Below, piece after piece: positions 9,717 through 19,677 of a stretch of 64,000 nucleotides of DNA; the stretch's first letter is position 1; each line of letters starts with the position of its first letter. A program made the translations under genes and the position numbers. Below the pieces are notes generated by a model, which made no database searches, was not told the DNA's origin, and saw nothing but the letters and a program-made list of their open reading frames with translations. This DNA comes from Candidatus Omnitrophota bacterium (GTDB taxonomy: Bacteria; Omnitrophota; Gorgyraeia; Gygaellales; Profunditerraquicolaceae): the NCBI GenBank assembly GCA_041651035.1, contig JBAZKC010000001.1, positions 131,244 to 195,243 of the forward strand, written 5' to 3'.

Positions 9717-10603
9717 AGTATCACCCCGGCAATTAAAATCAAGCTGGCAAAAGACTGCGCCGCTATGGCTAACTTAGATGACTCAATTAAACGCGCCTTA
9801 TCAAACGGATATTCCTTTAAGATAACCGCTGCTTTATGCGCGGGAATAATACACACAAAAGAAAACAGCGCCCATACGCCCAGGAACCCTAAAATGACAT
9901 TTAATAAGATAGACAAAAATGCCAGGCCTATCAATAAATAATAAAATAAGAACGCGCGAGACGGCCCGGAAATACTTACCCAGGTAAATTTACCCGCCTT
10001 CTGATCATCTAAGAAATCAGGGACCTCGTTAGCAAAAAGAACGGCGGTAGTCAAGAACCCGAAAGGCAAAGCGAGCATAAAACTTTTAAGGTCGGGAAAG
10101 ATCCCGGTTTGAATAAAATACCCTCCCATTACCAGCGCCGGGCCAAAAAGTATAAAGATAAATAACTCACCCCATCCATGATAAGAAAACTGCAGCGGTT
10201 TTTCCGAATACGACCAGCTTAAAGTAATTATCGCCGCGTAAACCCAGACGGCTAAAAAGTTACGCAAGGCCAAAGAAAGCAAAATAACGCAAATACCGGC
10301 GATAAGCGCCAAGGCTAATGCGGCTAAAAGATAGAATTTATCCGTCAGGATGTTTTCCTGGATCAGTTTTGAGCCGCCGAAGAATTTATAAAAATTCCTA
10401 TCCTGCCAATCCGCGCCGCTCTTTGAATCCGCGTAATCATTGATCAGGTTAGCGCTTAGATGCGTAGCTAGCACCGCTAAAAAGCCGTAAATAAAAGCGA
10501 AAACATTAAAACTGCTTCTTACAATTAAAGACCCGAATACAAAGGGAATAATACTGGCGGAAAGAAAAGGCAGCCTTAGCGCACGGATAATATTCCTGAC
10601 CAT
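9713..10603 (-). CDS. UbiA-family polyprenyltransferase (MenA/UbiA-like)
   Basis: 296 aa polytopic membrane protein with the NDYADSKSGAD (NxxxDxxxD) motif. Overlaps the upstream oxidoreductase by 4 nt. Confidence 0.75.
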   Translation of the reverse strand: MVRNIIRALRLPFLSASIIPFVFGSLIVRSSFNVFAFIYGFLAVLATHLSANLINDYADSKSGADWQDRNFYKFFGGSKLIQENILTDKFYLLAALALALIAGICVILLSLALRNFLAVWVYAAIITLSWSYSEKPLQFSYHGWGELFIFILFGPALVMGGYFIQTGIFPDLKSFMLALPFGFLTTAVLFANEVPDFLDDQKAGKFTWVSISGPSRAFLFYYLLIGLAFLSILLNVILGFLGVWALFSFVCIIPAHKAAVILKEYPFDKARLIESSKLAIAAQSFASLILIAGVIL

Positions 10604-10646
10604 ATTTGTATTTGCGTTAAGAATAGGTATATGTTACGATTATATC

Positions 10647-11690
10647 ATGATTTCAAGAATAAAGAACAGAATTGAGCGGGAGCTTGCCTGTTATATCCGC
10701 GACGTAGACAAAACATATTCTTTAAGCAATATCTCGCCTGTCTTATACGATAGTATCAAGAATTTCCTCTCCCGCAAAGGCAAAAGAGTCAGGCCCACCT
10801 TATTTGTCGCAGGCTACCTTGGTTTTACCAGGAAACCGGCTAGAGGATTATACAGGAGCGCGATATCCCTAGAACTCCTGCATGACTTCTTGCTTGTCCA
10901 TGATGACATAATAGATAGATCCGCCACCAGAAGAGGCCAGCCTTCCATGCATGAAATGCTGAATAAATACCTGGTAAAATATAAGAATATAAAATTTACG
11001 GGCGAGGACCTGACTATCGTTATCGGAGATGTAATGTATGCCCTGGCCCTGGAAGCATTTTTGTCGATAAAAGAACCCTGGCTGCGAAAAGAAGCATCCT
11101 TAAGAAAACTTATTCAGGCGGCCCTTTATACCGGCAGCGGGGAATTCGTCGAACTTTTATACGGGGCGAGAAATATAGATACGGTCACCAAGGCTGATAT
11201 CTATAAAATATACGACTTGAAAACCGCCAATTATACCTTTGCCTCTCCTTTATCCATGGGCGCGCTGCTGGCAGGAGCAGAAAAGAAACAAATAGATATA
11301 CTTTTTAATTTAGGGATATATTTGGGCCGGGCCTTTCAGATAAAAGATGATTGTTTAGGCCTGTTCGGCAAAGAGCGCAATACCGGAAAATCCGGCCTCA
11401 CAGACCTTAAGGAAGCCAAAAAAACAATTCTTATCTGGTATGCTTATAATAAATCATCGGAAAAAGACAAGCTGACTATTAAGAGGATATTCGCCAAAAA
11501 TAAAATTGATAAAAACGATTTATTAATTACGCAAAGGATCGTTTCTGCCTCAGGGGCGCTGGAATATGCCGAAAGGGAAATTAACGCTTTGACAAAGAAA
11601 GCAGATTATCTGGCTGCCCGCTCTAAAATGCGCCTGCCTTATAAATCCGCTATTATTGATTATTCCAAAGAGATGCTTGAACTAAGATAA
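10647..11690 (+). CDS. trans-Polyprenyl diphosphate synthase (IspB/GGPPS family)
   Basis: 347 aa. First DDxxD motif LVHDDIIDRS and second FQIKDDCLGLFG. Confidence 0.8.
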   Translation: MISRIKNRIERELACYIRDVDKTYSLSNISPVLYDSIKNFLSRKGKRVRPTLFVAGYLGFTRKPARGLYRSAISLELLHDFLLVHDDIIDRSATRRGQPSMHEMLNKYLVKYKNIKFTGEDLTIVIGDVMYALALEAFLSIKEPWLRKEASLRKLIQAALYTGSGEFVELLYGARNIDTVTKADIYKIYDLKTANYTFASPLSMGALLAGAEKKQIDILFNLGIYLGRAFQIKDDCLGLFGKERNTGKSGLTDLKEAKKTILIWYAYNKSSEKDKLTIKRIFAKNKIDKNDLLITQRIVSASGALEYAEREINALTKKADYLAARSKMRLPYKSAIIDYSKEMLELR

Positions 11691-11696
11691 ATACCG

Positions 11697-12536
11697 ATGA
11701 AAACAAACCTGGCTAAATCCGCGGGCTTCTGTTTTGGCGTAAAAAGGGCCATTGACATTGCCTATAAAACACTTGCCAAAAATAAAAACGTGTATATGCT
11801 TGGCAACATTGTCCATAATGAGGATGTGGCCGGGAAGCTAAAAAATGCGGGGATAAAGAAGTGTGAGAAACTCAGCTATGGTAAAAATAAGATATTTTTG
11901 ATCCGCGCCCATGGCGCCGGCCTTAATATCGTCGGCAAGGCAGGCAAACTCGGTTACAAGATCGTCGATGCCACCTGTCCCATGGTTAAAGAAATCCACA
12001 AAATAGTTCATAACGCCGAAAACAAAGGCTACGCGATCATAGTGATCGGCGATAAGAAACATGCCGAGGTGCTGGGTATTATCGGCCAGCTGAAAAGCCG
12101 CGCGATAGTCATTGAAGACGCAAACAATATCCCCTGGGATAAGCTTAAGAAGATCAAAAAAGCTTGTATCGTAGTGCAGTCAACTCAAAACCTGGAAAAA
12201 GTTGTTAAAATCACCGCGGCCTTAACGCCGCGTATCAAAGAATTAAGATTCTTTAATACCATCTGCCAGCCCACCCGGATAAAACAACAAGAGGCAAAAC
12301 GCATGCCTTTAGAGAATGACGTAATGATCATTGTCGGATCAAAAACCAGCGCTAATACTAAAAGGCTCTGGGAGATTTCAAAATCGCTGAATAACAGAAG
12401 CTATTGGGTTCAGTCAAAAAGAAATATAAAGCCTGCGTGGTTTAAAGGAGCAAAAACAACAGGAATTACCGCGGGTGCATCGACTCCGGATGATACCACA
12501 AAAGAAGTCATCGCCTACATAAAAAAGATAGCTTGA
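11697..12536 (+). CDS. ispH: 4-hydroxy-3-methylbut-2-enyl diphosphate reductase
   Basis: 279 aa. Three conserved Cys contexts (GFCFGVKRA, ATCPMV, NTICQPT). Confidence 0.9.
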   Translation: MKTNLAKSAGFCFGVKRAIDIAYKTLAKNKNVYMLGNIVHNEDVAGKLKNAGIKKCEKLSYGKNKIFLIRAHGAGLNIVGKAGKLGYKIVDATCPMVKEIHKIVHNAENKGYAIIVIGDKKHAEVLGIIGQLKSRAIVIEDANNIPWDKLKKIKKACIVVQSTQNLEKVVKITAALTPRIKELRFFNTICQPTRIKQQEAKRMPLENDVMIIVGSKTSANTKRLWEISKSLNNRSYWVQSKRNIKPAWFKGAKTTGITAGASTPDDTTKEVIAYIKKIA

Positions 12537-12559
12537 GCAACGCCCCTATCCAGTCCTGC

Positions 12560-13003
12560 CTATTTTTTACATATTCTCTTGTCTATTGAAAACGACCCGG
12601 CGCCTTTGATCATTAATACTACAGCTATAGCAATGGCTAAAAGGTGATATTCAAATCCCTCCCCCTTCTGCGCCCCGGACCAATTCATAAAGAATCCGTT
12701 CTGCCAGTGGATCATGTATATGGATACCAGCATAACAACCGCTATTCCAAAGGCGGCTAAACGGGTAAGAAAACCTACGATCAAGGCTATAGAGCCGAGA
12801 AATTCCGCGGCAATCGCAAGCAGCGCGAATATAAAAGGGATATGCATTTGCTCCGTAAAAGCAGCTAACGTAGGTTTAAATCCATATCCGCCAAACCAAC
12901 CCAATACTTTCTGCGCTCCATGCGGAAAGAAGACAATACCCAGCGCCAACCTCAATACTAAAGCAAGAGTGTCATCCTTTGTCTGGACAAGTTGTTTAAA
13001 CAT
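12560..13003 (-). CDS. DoxX-family membrane protein
   Basis: 147 aa with four TM helices. Typical DoxX length and hydrophobicity pattern. Confidence 0.7.
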   Translation of the reverse strand: MFKQLVQTKDDTLALVLRLALGIVFFPHGAQKVLGWFGGYGFKPTLAAFTEQMHIPFIFALLAIAAEFLGSIALIVGFLTRLAAFGIAVVMLVSIYMIHWQNGFFMNWSGAQKGEGFEYHLLAIAIAVVLMIKGAGSFSIDKRICKK

Positions 13004-13034
13004 ATCCTGCCTCCTTTCAATTGTATTCTTATTC

Positions 13035-13988
13035 CTAAAGTTTTATTGTATTTATAATATCTTTTAATGTGGCTGCTGAACTCTTAAATGCGTTTTGCTC
13101 TTCGGAAGAAAGCGTAAGCTTGAGATAGCTTTTCACACCGTAACCGTTTACAATAGACGGGACACTTAAACATATCCCCCTGACCCCGTAATAGTCGTTA
13201 ATCAGAGTAGATACAGGCAGGACCGAGTTTTCATCTCTTAATATAGCCTCGGTAATTTTCACCAAAGACAAGGCAATGGCATAATAAGTAGCGCCTTTTG
13301 CCTCTATGATCTTGTAAGCGGCATTCTTTACCTCGTCAAATATCCTGCCCAATTCATTTCCTGAATCACATCCTTTTCTGCCGCAGATAGAACAATATTG
13401 CGCCAGAGGCATCCCGCCTATATCGGCAAGGCTCCAGACCGGAAGTTCGCTGTCCCCGTGCTCTCCTATGATGTAGGCATGGACATTTCTTGGGTCTATA
13501 CTGCAATGCTCGCTTATCAAATACCTGAATCTGGAAGTATCCAGGACCGTTCCTGACCCGATGACCCTATTTGCCGGAAGGCCGGAGATCTTAAAAGTTA
13601 CATACGTTAATATGTCCACCGGATTTGTCACTACTAAAAGGATGGGGTCTAAAACATGTTTTAATATATCCGGTATGATCTCTTTGAATATCCTCACGTT
13701 ATCCTGGATCAAGGCAAGCCTTGTCTCTCCCGGCTTCTGCGCGGCTCCCGCGGTTATTACGACGATATCCGCGTCTTTACATCCTTCATACCCTGAAGAG
13801 TATATCTTGGCCGGCTTCGTAAAAGAGAGGCCGTGGTTTAAATCCATGCACTCTCCGAAGGATTTCTTTTCGTTGTTGTCTATCAACGCTATCTCGCGCG
13901 CCAACCCGCTTAGCATTAAGGCGAAAGCAAATGTGCTTCCTACGTTGCCCGCCCCTATTATCGCTACTTTGGGTTTCAGTGGTTTCAT
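13035..13988 (-). CDS. ldh: L-lactate dehydrogenase (LDH/MDH superfamily)
   Basis: 317 aa. Has KVAIIGAGNVG, the active-site IGEHGDS...PVWS, and VVTNPVD. Confidence 0.85.
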   Translation of the reverse strand: MKPLKPKVAIIGAGNVGSTFAFALMLSGLAREIALIDNNEKKSFGECMDLNHGLSFTKPAKIYSSGYEGCKDADIVVITAGAAQKPGETRLALIQDNVRIFKEIIPDILKHVLDPILLVVTNPVDILTYVTFKISGLPANRVIGSGTVLDTSRFRYLISEHCSIDPRNVHAYIIGEHGDSELPVWSLADIGGMPLAQYCSICGRKGCDSGNELGRIFDEVKNAAYKIIEAKGATYYAIALSLVKITEAILRDENSVLPVSTLINDYYGVRGICLSVPSIVNGYGVKSYLKLTLSSEEQNAFKSSAATLKDIINTIKL

Positions 13989-14012
13989 GATACGGCCTGC
14001 CTTTCTATATTT

Positions 14013-14924
14013 TCACGCGCTGGTGATCGCTGCCGGGTAAAAATACACAATAATATCATACTTGGGGAATTGCGACGCGATGTCTTTTTCAAAACCTTCC
14101 ACGAAGGCCTGCGCCTGCGCCAGCGTTGTGTGACCGTGTATCTCAAAGCAGACATCAAGGAATACCCTATCTCCCGCCTTCCTCATCCGGATACTATGGA
14201 TCCCAAAAGCCCTGGCCTTATGCTTTTCTACTATTTTTTCTATTTCACTGCGGATCTCATTTACCGGCACAGCATCAAGTAACTCTCTAAAATTATGCTT
14301 TATCAACTTTAGCGGGGTCCATATAAAGACTGTTGCCAAAACAAGCGCCATTCCCGGGTCAACATAAGGAGTAATACGGACGTACCCCAGCTTGTGCATA
14401 TAAAAACCAAAGAGGAATCCTAAACACATGGCAAAAGAAAACAGACTATCCATAAACCAATGGAAGCTGGAAACCTTTAACATATTTGAACTTGTCTTCA
14501 GCGAAACTCTCCTTAAATATAACGCGGTAAACATCGCGATTGATCCGGAAAGAAAAGATACATACATGGGTATATCGTATCGCGTGATGTTTTCCGCGTG
14601 AATGATATCTTGAATGGCAAAATAGGAAGCGATAATACAGGAAAATATTATCCCTGTACCCTGAATTACAGCGGTAAAAGGCTCAAATTTTTCATAACCA
14701 AAATTAAAAAACCGGTCAGGAGGCATTTCTATCTTTTTAATGCTCAAACGGAGTATAAAACCCATAAATACCATGATAAACCCCGTGGAGGCATCCAGCA
14801 GAAGGGCTATAGAATCAGAAATAATCCCGGCGCCTAACACAAGGAAGAAAATTACAACAGAAAAAACAAGCGAGACAAAAACGGCTGTTGACCGTAGCTT
14901 ATTCTTTTGCTTATGGATATTCAT
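14013..14924 (-). CDS. Cation diffusion facilitator (CDF) family metal efflux transporter
   Basis: 303 aa. Six TM helices plus the C-terminal cytoplasmic CDF domain (HSIRMRKAGDRVFLDVCFEIHGH). Confidence 0.8.
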   Translation of the reverse strand: MNIHKQKNKLRSTAVFVSLVFSVVIFFLVLGAGIISDSIALLLDASTGFIMVFMGFILRLSIKKIEMPPDRFFNFGYEKFEPFTAVIQGTGIIFSCIIASYFAIQDIIHAENITRYDIPMYVSFLSGSIAMFTALYLRRVSLKTSSNMLKVSSFHWFMDSLFSFAMCLGFLFGFYMHKLGYVRITPYVDPGMALVLATVFIWTPLKLIKHNFRELLDAVPVNEIRSEIEKIVEKHKARAFGIHSIRMRKAGDRVFLDVCFEIHGHTTLAQAQAFVEGFEKDIASQFPKYDIIVYFYPAAITSA

Positions 14925-14925
14925 A

Positions 14926-15051
14926 TTACCCCTCGATCTTCTCCATGGGTTTCTTGCAGCAAACCAGTTCTCCCCCGCCTACTTTTGTTACCACTACCTC
15001 ATTTCCGCATACGCTGCAACGGTATTTTTCACCTATCTTTTTAACCGCCAT
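14926..15051 (-). CDS. Desulforedoxin-like small Fe(Cys)4 protein (41 aa). Not present in the ORF track.
   Basis: MAVKKIGEKYRCSVCGNEVVVTKVGGGELVCCKKPMEKIEG matches the desulforedoxin pattern YxCxxCG...GGG.LVCC..M. A GGAGG sits 6 nt upstream. The gene fills the gap between the CDF transporter and msrBA. Confidence 0.7.
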   Translation of the reverse strand: MAVKKIGEKYRCSVCGNEVVVTKVGGGELVCCKKPMEKIEG

Positions 15052-15066
15052 TTTTACCTCCTCTTA

Positions 15067-16131
15067 TTAAAGCTTAATATGACAGGTTGGCCTTATGCCT
15101 TTTTTCTCAAAATAACCCTGGTGGTAATCCTCTGCCGGATAAAACTCCCCTGCCGCAGTAATTTCAGTTACAATTTTACCGCTGAACTTGCCTGTTTTTG
15201 TAATTTTATCTTTAGATTCTTTTGCTGACTTTCCCTGCTCGGGAGTACGGTAAAAAATAGCCGAGCGGTATTGCGAGCCAACATCAGGGCCCTGGCGGCC
15301 CGGGGTCGTGGGGTCATGGATGCTCCAGAAAACATCAAGCAATTGCGTATATGAGATTCTTTGCGGATCGTATTCTACTTCTACTGCCTCGGCGTGGCCT
15401 GTTTTATGCGAAGAGACATCTTCATAGGTAGGATTCCTTAAACTGCCTCCGGTATAGCCTGCGCGCGTTGAGATAACTCCTTTACCGATCAACTGCCGGA
15501 ACGCCGCCTCTACTCCCCAGAAGCATCCCGCGGCAAAAATTGCTTTTTCGGTTCTTACCTGCGGATTATCTGTAGCTAATTTCAGCGCTATGGTATTAAT
15601 ACAATAACGTTTTCCGGTAGGCGGGGGCCCGTCTTCAAAGACATGGCCTAAGTGCGCGTCACAACGGGCGCAAAGCACCTCTGTCCTTATTATACCTGAA
15701 CTATTATCCTCTAGAAGGCGTATGTTTAACTCTGAAACCGGCTCCCAGAAACTCGGCCATCCCGTGCCCGATTCAAATTTAGCCTCATATCTAAAAAGAT
15801 CTGTACCGCAGCCTACACACTGATAAATTCCGCTCTCCCCCTTTTTGGGAATAGGGCACTGCCGGCTAAAAGGCCTCTCCGTGTCTTTTAATCTTGTTAC
15901 TTTGAATTGCTCTGGAGTTAATATCTTCTTCCACTCCTCTCCGCTACGGTATATTCTCTCCATTTGCTCGACTTTTCCGGAGCGGGCATTAAAAATCGGT
16001 ATTATTTCTGGTTTCTTAACCGGCTCTTTCATACACCCTTCTGCCCATAGAAAAAACAACATTAATACTAAAAATGCTATCCTGCGATTACGCATAAATT
16101 TGAGTATATCTCTACATATTATATAATACAA
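15067..16131 (-). CDS. msrBA: Fused peptide-methionine sulfoxide reductase MsrB-MsrA, secreted or lipoprotein
   Basis: MsrB motifs (CVGCGTDLF...CARCDAHLGHVFEDGP) followed by the MsrA motif (GCFWGVEAAF). N-terminal signal; probable start at MRNRR. Confidence 0.88.
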   Translation of the reverse strand: MYYIICRDILKFMRNRRIAFLVLMLFFLWAEGCMKEPVKKPEIIPIFNARSGKVEQMERIYRSGEEWKKILTPEQFKVTRLKDTERPFSRQCPIPKKGESGIYQCVGCGTDLFRYEAKFESGTGWPSFWEPVSELNIRLLEDNSSGIIRTEVLCARCDAHLGHVFEDGPPPTGKRYCINTIALKLATDNPQVRTEKAIFAAGCFWGVEAAFRQLIGKGVISTRAGYTGGSLRNPTYEDVSSHKTGHAEAVEVEYDPQRISYTQLLDVFWSIHDPTTPGRQGPDVGSQYRSAIFYRTPEQGKSAKESKDKITKTGKFSGKIVTEITAAGEFYPAEDYHQGYFEKKGIRPTCHIKL

Positions 16132-16154
16132 AAACTAAAAACAGTTTTATTTAT

Positions 16155-16571
16155 TTACTCGCCTATAATTTTTATTAAAACCCGTTTCTTACGCCTGCCG
16201 TCAAATTCCCCATAAAATATCTGCTCCCAGGGCCCAAAATCGAGCTTACCGCCTGTAATTGCCGCTATAACTTCCCTGCCCATTATTGTCCTTTTTAAAT
16301 GCGCGTCCCCATTATCCTCGCCGCCAAGGTTATGTTGATATTTGTCTTTGCCGTAAGGAGCAAGTTTTTCCAGCCAACTGCTAAAATCACTATGCAATCC
16401 AGATTCATCATCGTTAATAAATACCGAACTGGTTATGTGCATCGTATTAACCAGGCAAAGGCCTTCTTTGATACCGCTTTTCTTAAGCGCCTCTTCAACC
16501 TGCGGAGTTATATTTATAAACTCCTGCCTGTTCTTCGTATTAAACCATAAATACTCTGTATGCGATCTCAT
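16155..16571 (-). CDS. YjbQ/UPF0047 family protein (secondary thiamin-phosphate synthase-like)
   Basis: 138 aa, typical YjbQ fold-family sequence ([24 protein letters not shown]...). Confidence 0.8.
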   Translation of the reverse strand: MRSHTEYLWFNTKNRQEFINITPQVEEALKKSGIKEGLCLVNTMHITSSVFINDDESGLHSDFSSWLEKLAPYGKDKYQHNLGGEDNGDAHLKRTIMGREVIAAITGGKLDFGPWEQIFYGEFDGRRKKRVLIKIIGE

Positions 16572-16601
16572 TATAGAATTTCTCCCTTTCTTGCTAAATT
16601 A

Positions 16602-17672
16602 CTATAAAGTTACCAACTCGTAATCAAGCTTACCCAAACCAAGCTCATGGGCATAACTAAGCTGCCTGCTGCCATCGCGGTGAGGATGTAATTCTTTAAA
16701 TATATCCCTGCCGCAGGCCTTAACAACCAGATCTAAACTTGCTTTATCAATGCTTACAGGATCAGAAGAAGCCAATATTCCTATATCAGGAGAAACTCGC
16801 GGGTCATCCTTTGCCAGGCAGTCGCATTCCTTGGTGATCTTAATAGCAAAATTTAAAAAAGCTGACTTATCTTTTTTGCCTTTCATAACCGCAAATGTAT
16901 ACTCAATCATTTTTTCAGGCATCGCGCTCCCCCCTGCCTCCCAATTTACATCTATCGCCACGGATGGACAGACAGCAATACAGGTCGCGCAGCCGATGCA
17001 TTTTAAACTGTCAATAAAGGCTTTATTATTCTTAAGGCTTATTGCTTTTACAGGGCATGCCTTTTCGCACTCTCCGCAACCGATACATTTTTGTTCGTAG
17101 ACAACAGGCGAAATATCTGAATGCTGCATAAGCTTGCCTTCCCTGCTGGCGCAACCCATCCCCAGATTTTTCAAGGCGCCTCCGAAGCCGGTCATAAGAT
17201 GCCCTTTAAAATGGCTTATAGCTACAATCGCGGCCGCCTCTACAAAGAAACGCGCTAATTTGGCAGTTTTGATAAATTTTTGGTTGATCGAAACATCTGC
17301 GATATTCTCTTTTTTAGAATCATCGGGAATAACAACATCTACCCCTATTATTTTTTTGGTGAAACCATGCTCAGCCGCGATTGCCAGATGATCCCTGGAG
17401 TTTGTACGCCTGCCCCTATAAAGAGTATTGGTTTCTGCGAGGGATACCTTAGCACCTTTGTCTAATATGGCATCACAGGCCACCTTAACATATTCCGGTT
17501 TTACAAAACCTGTATTTCCCTCTTCCCCAAAATGCATCTTTACCGCTACTGAATCATCCTTAGAGACAAAAGCCAAAACCTTGCTTTCTTCGCATAAGAT
17601 CTTAACTTTTTTAGCGATAGTTGGTATATTGTCTGTGTCCTTTACCGGGATGAGATATACTTTGCTTTTCAT
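16602..17672 (-). CDS. DUF362 domain protein with two 4Fe-4S ferredoxin motifs
   Basis: 356 aa with CIGCGECEKACP and CIGCATCIAVCP. Confidence 0.7.
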   Translation of the reverse strand: MKSKVYLIPVKDTDNIPTIAKKVKILCEESKVLAFVSKDDSVAVKMHFGEEGNTGFVKPEYVKVACDAILDKGAKVSLAETNTLYRGRRTNSRDHLAIAAEHGFTKKIIGVDVVIPDDSKKENIADVSINQKFIKTAKLARFFVEAAAIVAISHFKGHLMTGFGGALKNLGMGCASREGKLMQHSDISPVVYEQKCIGCGECEKACPVKAISLKNNKAFIDSLKCIGCATCIAVCPSVAIDVNWEAGGSAMPEKMIEYTFAVMKGKKDKSAFLNFAIKITKECDCLAKDDPRVSPDIGILASSDPVSIDKASLDLVVKACGRDIFKELHPHRDGSRQLSYAHELGLGKLDYELVTL

Positions 17673-17689
17673 AAGCTAAACTTTTTATA

Positions 17690-19081
17690 TCACCACTTCC
17701 CTGTTTTCTTATGAGAAGGCTTAGGCTTATCTTTAATGACCTCTAAAGATCTTTGCAGGTCATCATCAGGTAAAGAATAATCGGTGAGCTCGCCTTTAAG
17801 AAATTTCTCATAACCTGCCAGGTCCATCAGTCCATGGCCGCTGTAGCTAAAAAGAATTACCTTTTCCTTTCCTTCTTCTCTGGCTTTTTTGGCTTCTTCA
17901 ATTACGCAGGCAATGGCATGGTTTGTTTCCGGAGCTGGTATTGCCCCTTCTGTCTTAGTCCAGATGATCCCGGATTCATAACACTGTATCTGATTGTATG
18001 CCCGGGGCGTAAACAGGCCTTCAACTGTAGCCTGGCTTACTAAAGGCGCCATTCCGTGGTAACGCAAACCCCCCGCGTGAATAGGCGGAGGAACAAATCT
18101 ATGGCCTAAGGTATGCATTGCCAATAGCGGAGTAAGCCCTGCCACGTCTCCGAAATCATAGGAAAACGGGCCGCGGGTCAAGGTTGGGCAGGCAGTAGGT
18201 TCAGTAGGTATGATCTGGATTTTAGCGCCGTTGATCTTATCACAAGCAAAAGGAAATGCTATACCCGCGAAGTTACTTCCTCCGCCTACGCAGCCGATAA
18301 CAACATCAGGGGCTTTCTCGCCGGCGATCTTTAACTGCTTCTTTGCCTCCAGGCCGATTATCGTCTGATGCAAAAGAACATGATTTAATACGCTTCCCAG
18401 CGAATAACGGGTCTTGCCGCTTTTATCTCCAACCGCTTCTTCCACTGCCTCGCTGATAGCTATCCCCAGGCTGCCCGGAGTACCGGGCATCTCTTTAAGG
18501 ATCCTCCGACCGGATTCTGTTTCATTACTGGGGCTGGCTATACATTTAGCGCCCCAGATCTGCATCATAAGTTTGCGTAACGGCTTCTGGTCAAAACTGA
18601 TCCTGACCATATAGACCTTACATTCAATACCCAGTAAATTACAGGCAAATGCCAAAGCGCTCCCCCATTGGCCGGCGCCTGTTTCTGTGGTTAATTTCTT
18701 GATACCGAATTGTTTATTATACCAAGCCTGGACAACCGCGGTATTGGGCTTGTGGCTTCCGGCGGGGCTGACGCTTTCATCCTTATAATAAATACGCGCG
18801 GGAGTATCAAGGTATCTTTCTAAATATACGGCCCTGCGTAAAGGAGTCGGCCTCCAGCGGTAAAGGATCTCTAAGATCTCTTCGGGTATATCAATCCAAC
18901 GCTGGCGTGAGACTTCCTGTTCAATCAGATTCATAGGAAATACCGCGGCCAGCATTTCCGGTTTAATGGGTTGGCCGTCCGGGCCAAGAGGCGGCTGAAG
19001 CGGGTTCGGTAAATCCGCTGCCAGGTTATACCATTGCCGGGGCATATCTTCTTCGCTTAATAATATTTTTTTGAGGCTCAT
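17690..19081 (-). CDS. TrpB-like PLP-dependent enzyme (TrpB2 family tryptophan synthase beta paralog). The start codon I chose lies inside the longer ORF on the supplied track.
   Basis: Has PLP-lysine context SHKPNTA and [13 protein letters not shown]. Start at MSLKK with AAGGAG 9 nt upstream. Confidence 0.8.
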   Translation of the reverse strand: MSLKKILLSEEDMPRQWYNLAADLPNPLQPPLGPDGQPIKPEMLAAVFPMNLIEQEVSRQRWIDIPEEILEILYRWRPTPLRRAVYLERYLDTPARIYYKDESVSPAGSHKPNTAVVQAWYNKQFGIKKLTTETGAGQWGSALAFACNLLGIECKVYMVRISFDQKPLRKLMMQIWGAKCIASPSNETESGRRILKEMPGTPGSLGIAISEAVEEAVGDKSGKTRYSLGSVLNHVLLHQTIIGLEAKKQLKIAGEKAPDVVIGCVGGGSNFAGIAFPFACDKINGAKIQIIPTEPTACPTLTRGPFSYDFGDVAGLTPLLAMHTLGHRFVPPPIHAGGLRYHGMAPLVSQATVEGLFTPRAYNQIQCYESGIIWTKTEGAIPAPETNHAIACVIEEAKKAREEGKEKVILFSYSGHGLMDLAGYEKFLKGELTDYSLPDDDLQRSLEVIKDKPKPSHKKTGKW

Positions 19082-19139
19082 TGCCTTAGCTCCTTTGCAA
19101 GAATTTACTGGTTTATCCAGTATCAATTAAGAAAGAACT

Positions 19140-19532
19140 CTACTTCTTCTTTAATTTTTTCTCCGAAAGTTTGATCTTATTCCAATTCATAATAATCTGG
19201 CGCTGTGAATTTACTTTTACATTGCCGAATACATGCGGATGCCGCCTCTTAAGCTTTTTTATCAATCCGTCAATAACATCTTCTATATCAAACTTACCTG
19301 CCTCCCCGGCGATCTGCGCCTGAAACATCACATGCAGTAATATATCACCTAATTCCTCCCGCATATGGGAAAAATCCCCTTTTTCTACCTCGGCGACAAA
19401 TTCCCTTACTTCCTCGCGCAGGCCGGGGATAATGCTCTTATGCGTCTGCTGCTTATCCCACATACAGCCGCGCGGGCCATGTAGAGCAGTAAAAATTTCT
19501 TTAAGCTCAATAAATTTTGTATTTTTACGCAT
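19140..19532 (-). CDS. MazG-family nucleoside triphosphate pyrophosphohydrolase
   Basis: 130 aa with EEVREFVAEV...EELGDILLHVMF motifs. Confidence 0.85.
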   Translation of the reverse strand: MRKNTKFIELKEIFTALHGPRGCMWDKQQTHKSIIPGLREEVREFVAEVEKGDFSHMREELGDILLHVMFQAQIAGEAGKFDIEDVIDGLIKKLKRRHPHVFGNVKVNSQRQIIMNWNKIKLSEKKLKKK

Positions 19533-19677
19533 TTGCCTATATTATACCCGTTACAGTAAAAATCCCAAGCCTTTTTAGAACCTGGGATATAAGACTATTA
19601 TACCGTTGTTGGAAGTATTGGGATTTTTAGAAGCCCCCTGTATAGCGAGAAAACCTCACTGGTAAAAAGCAAATACG

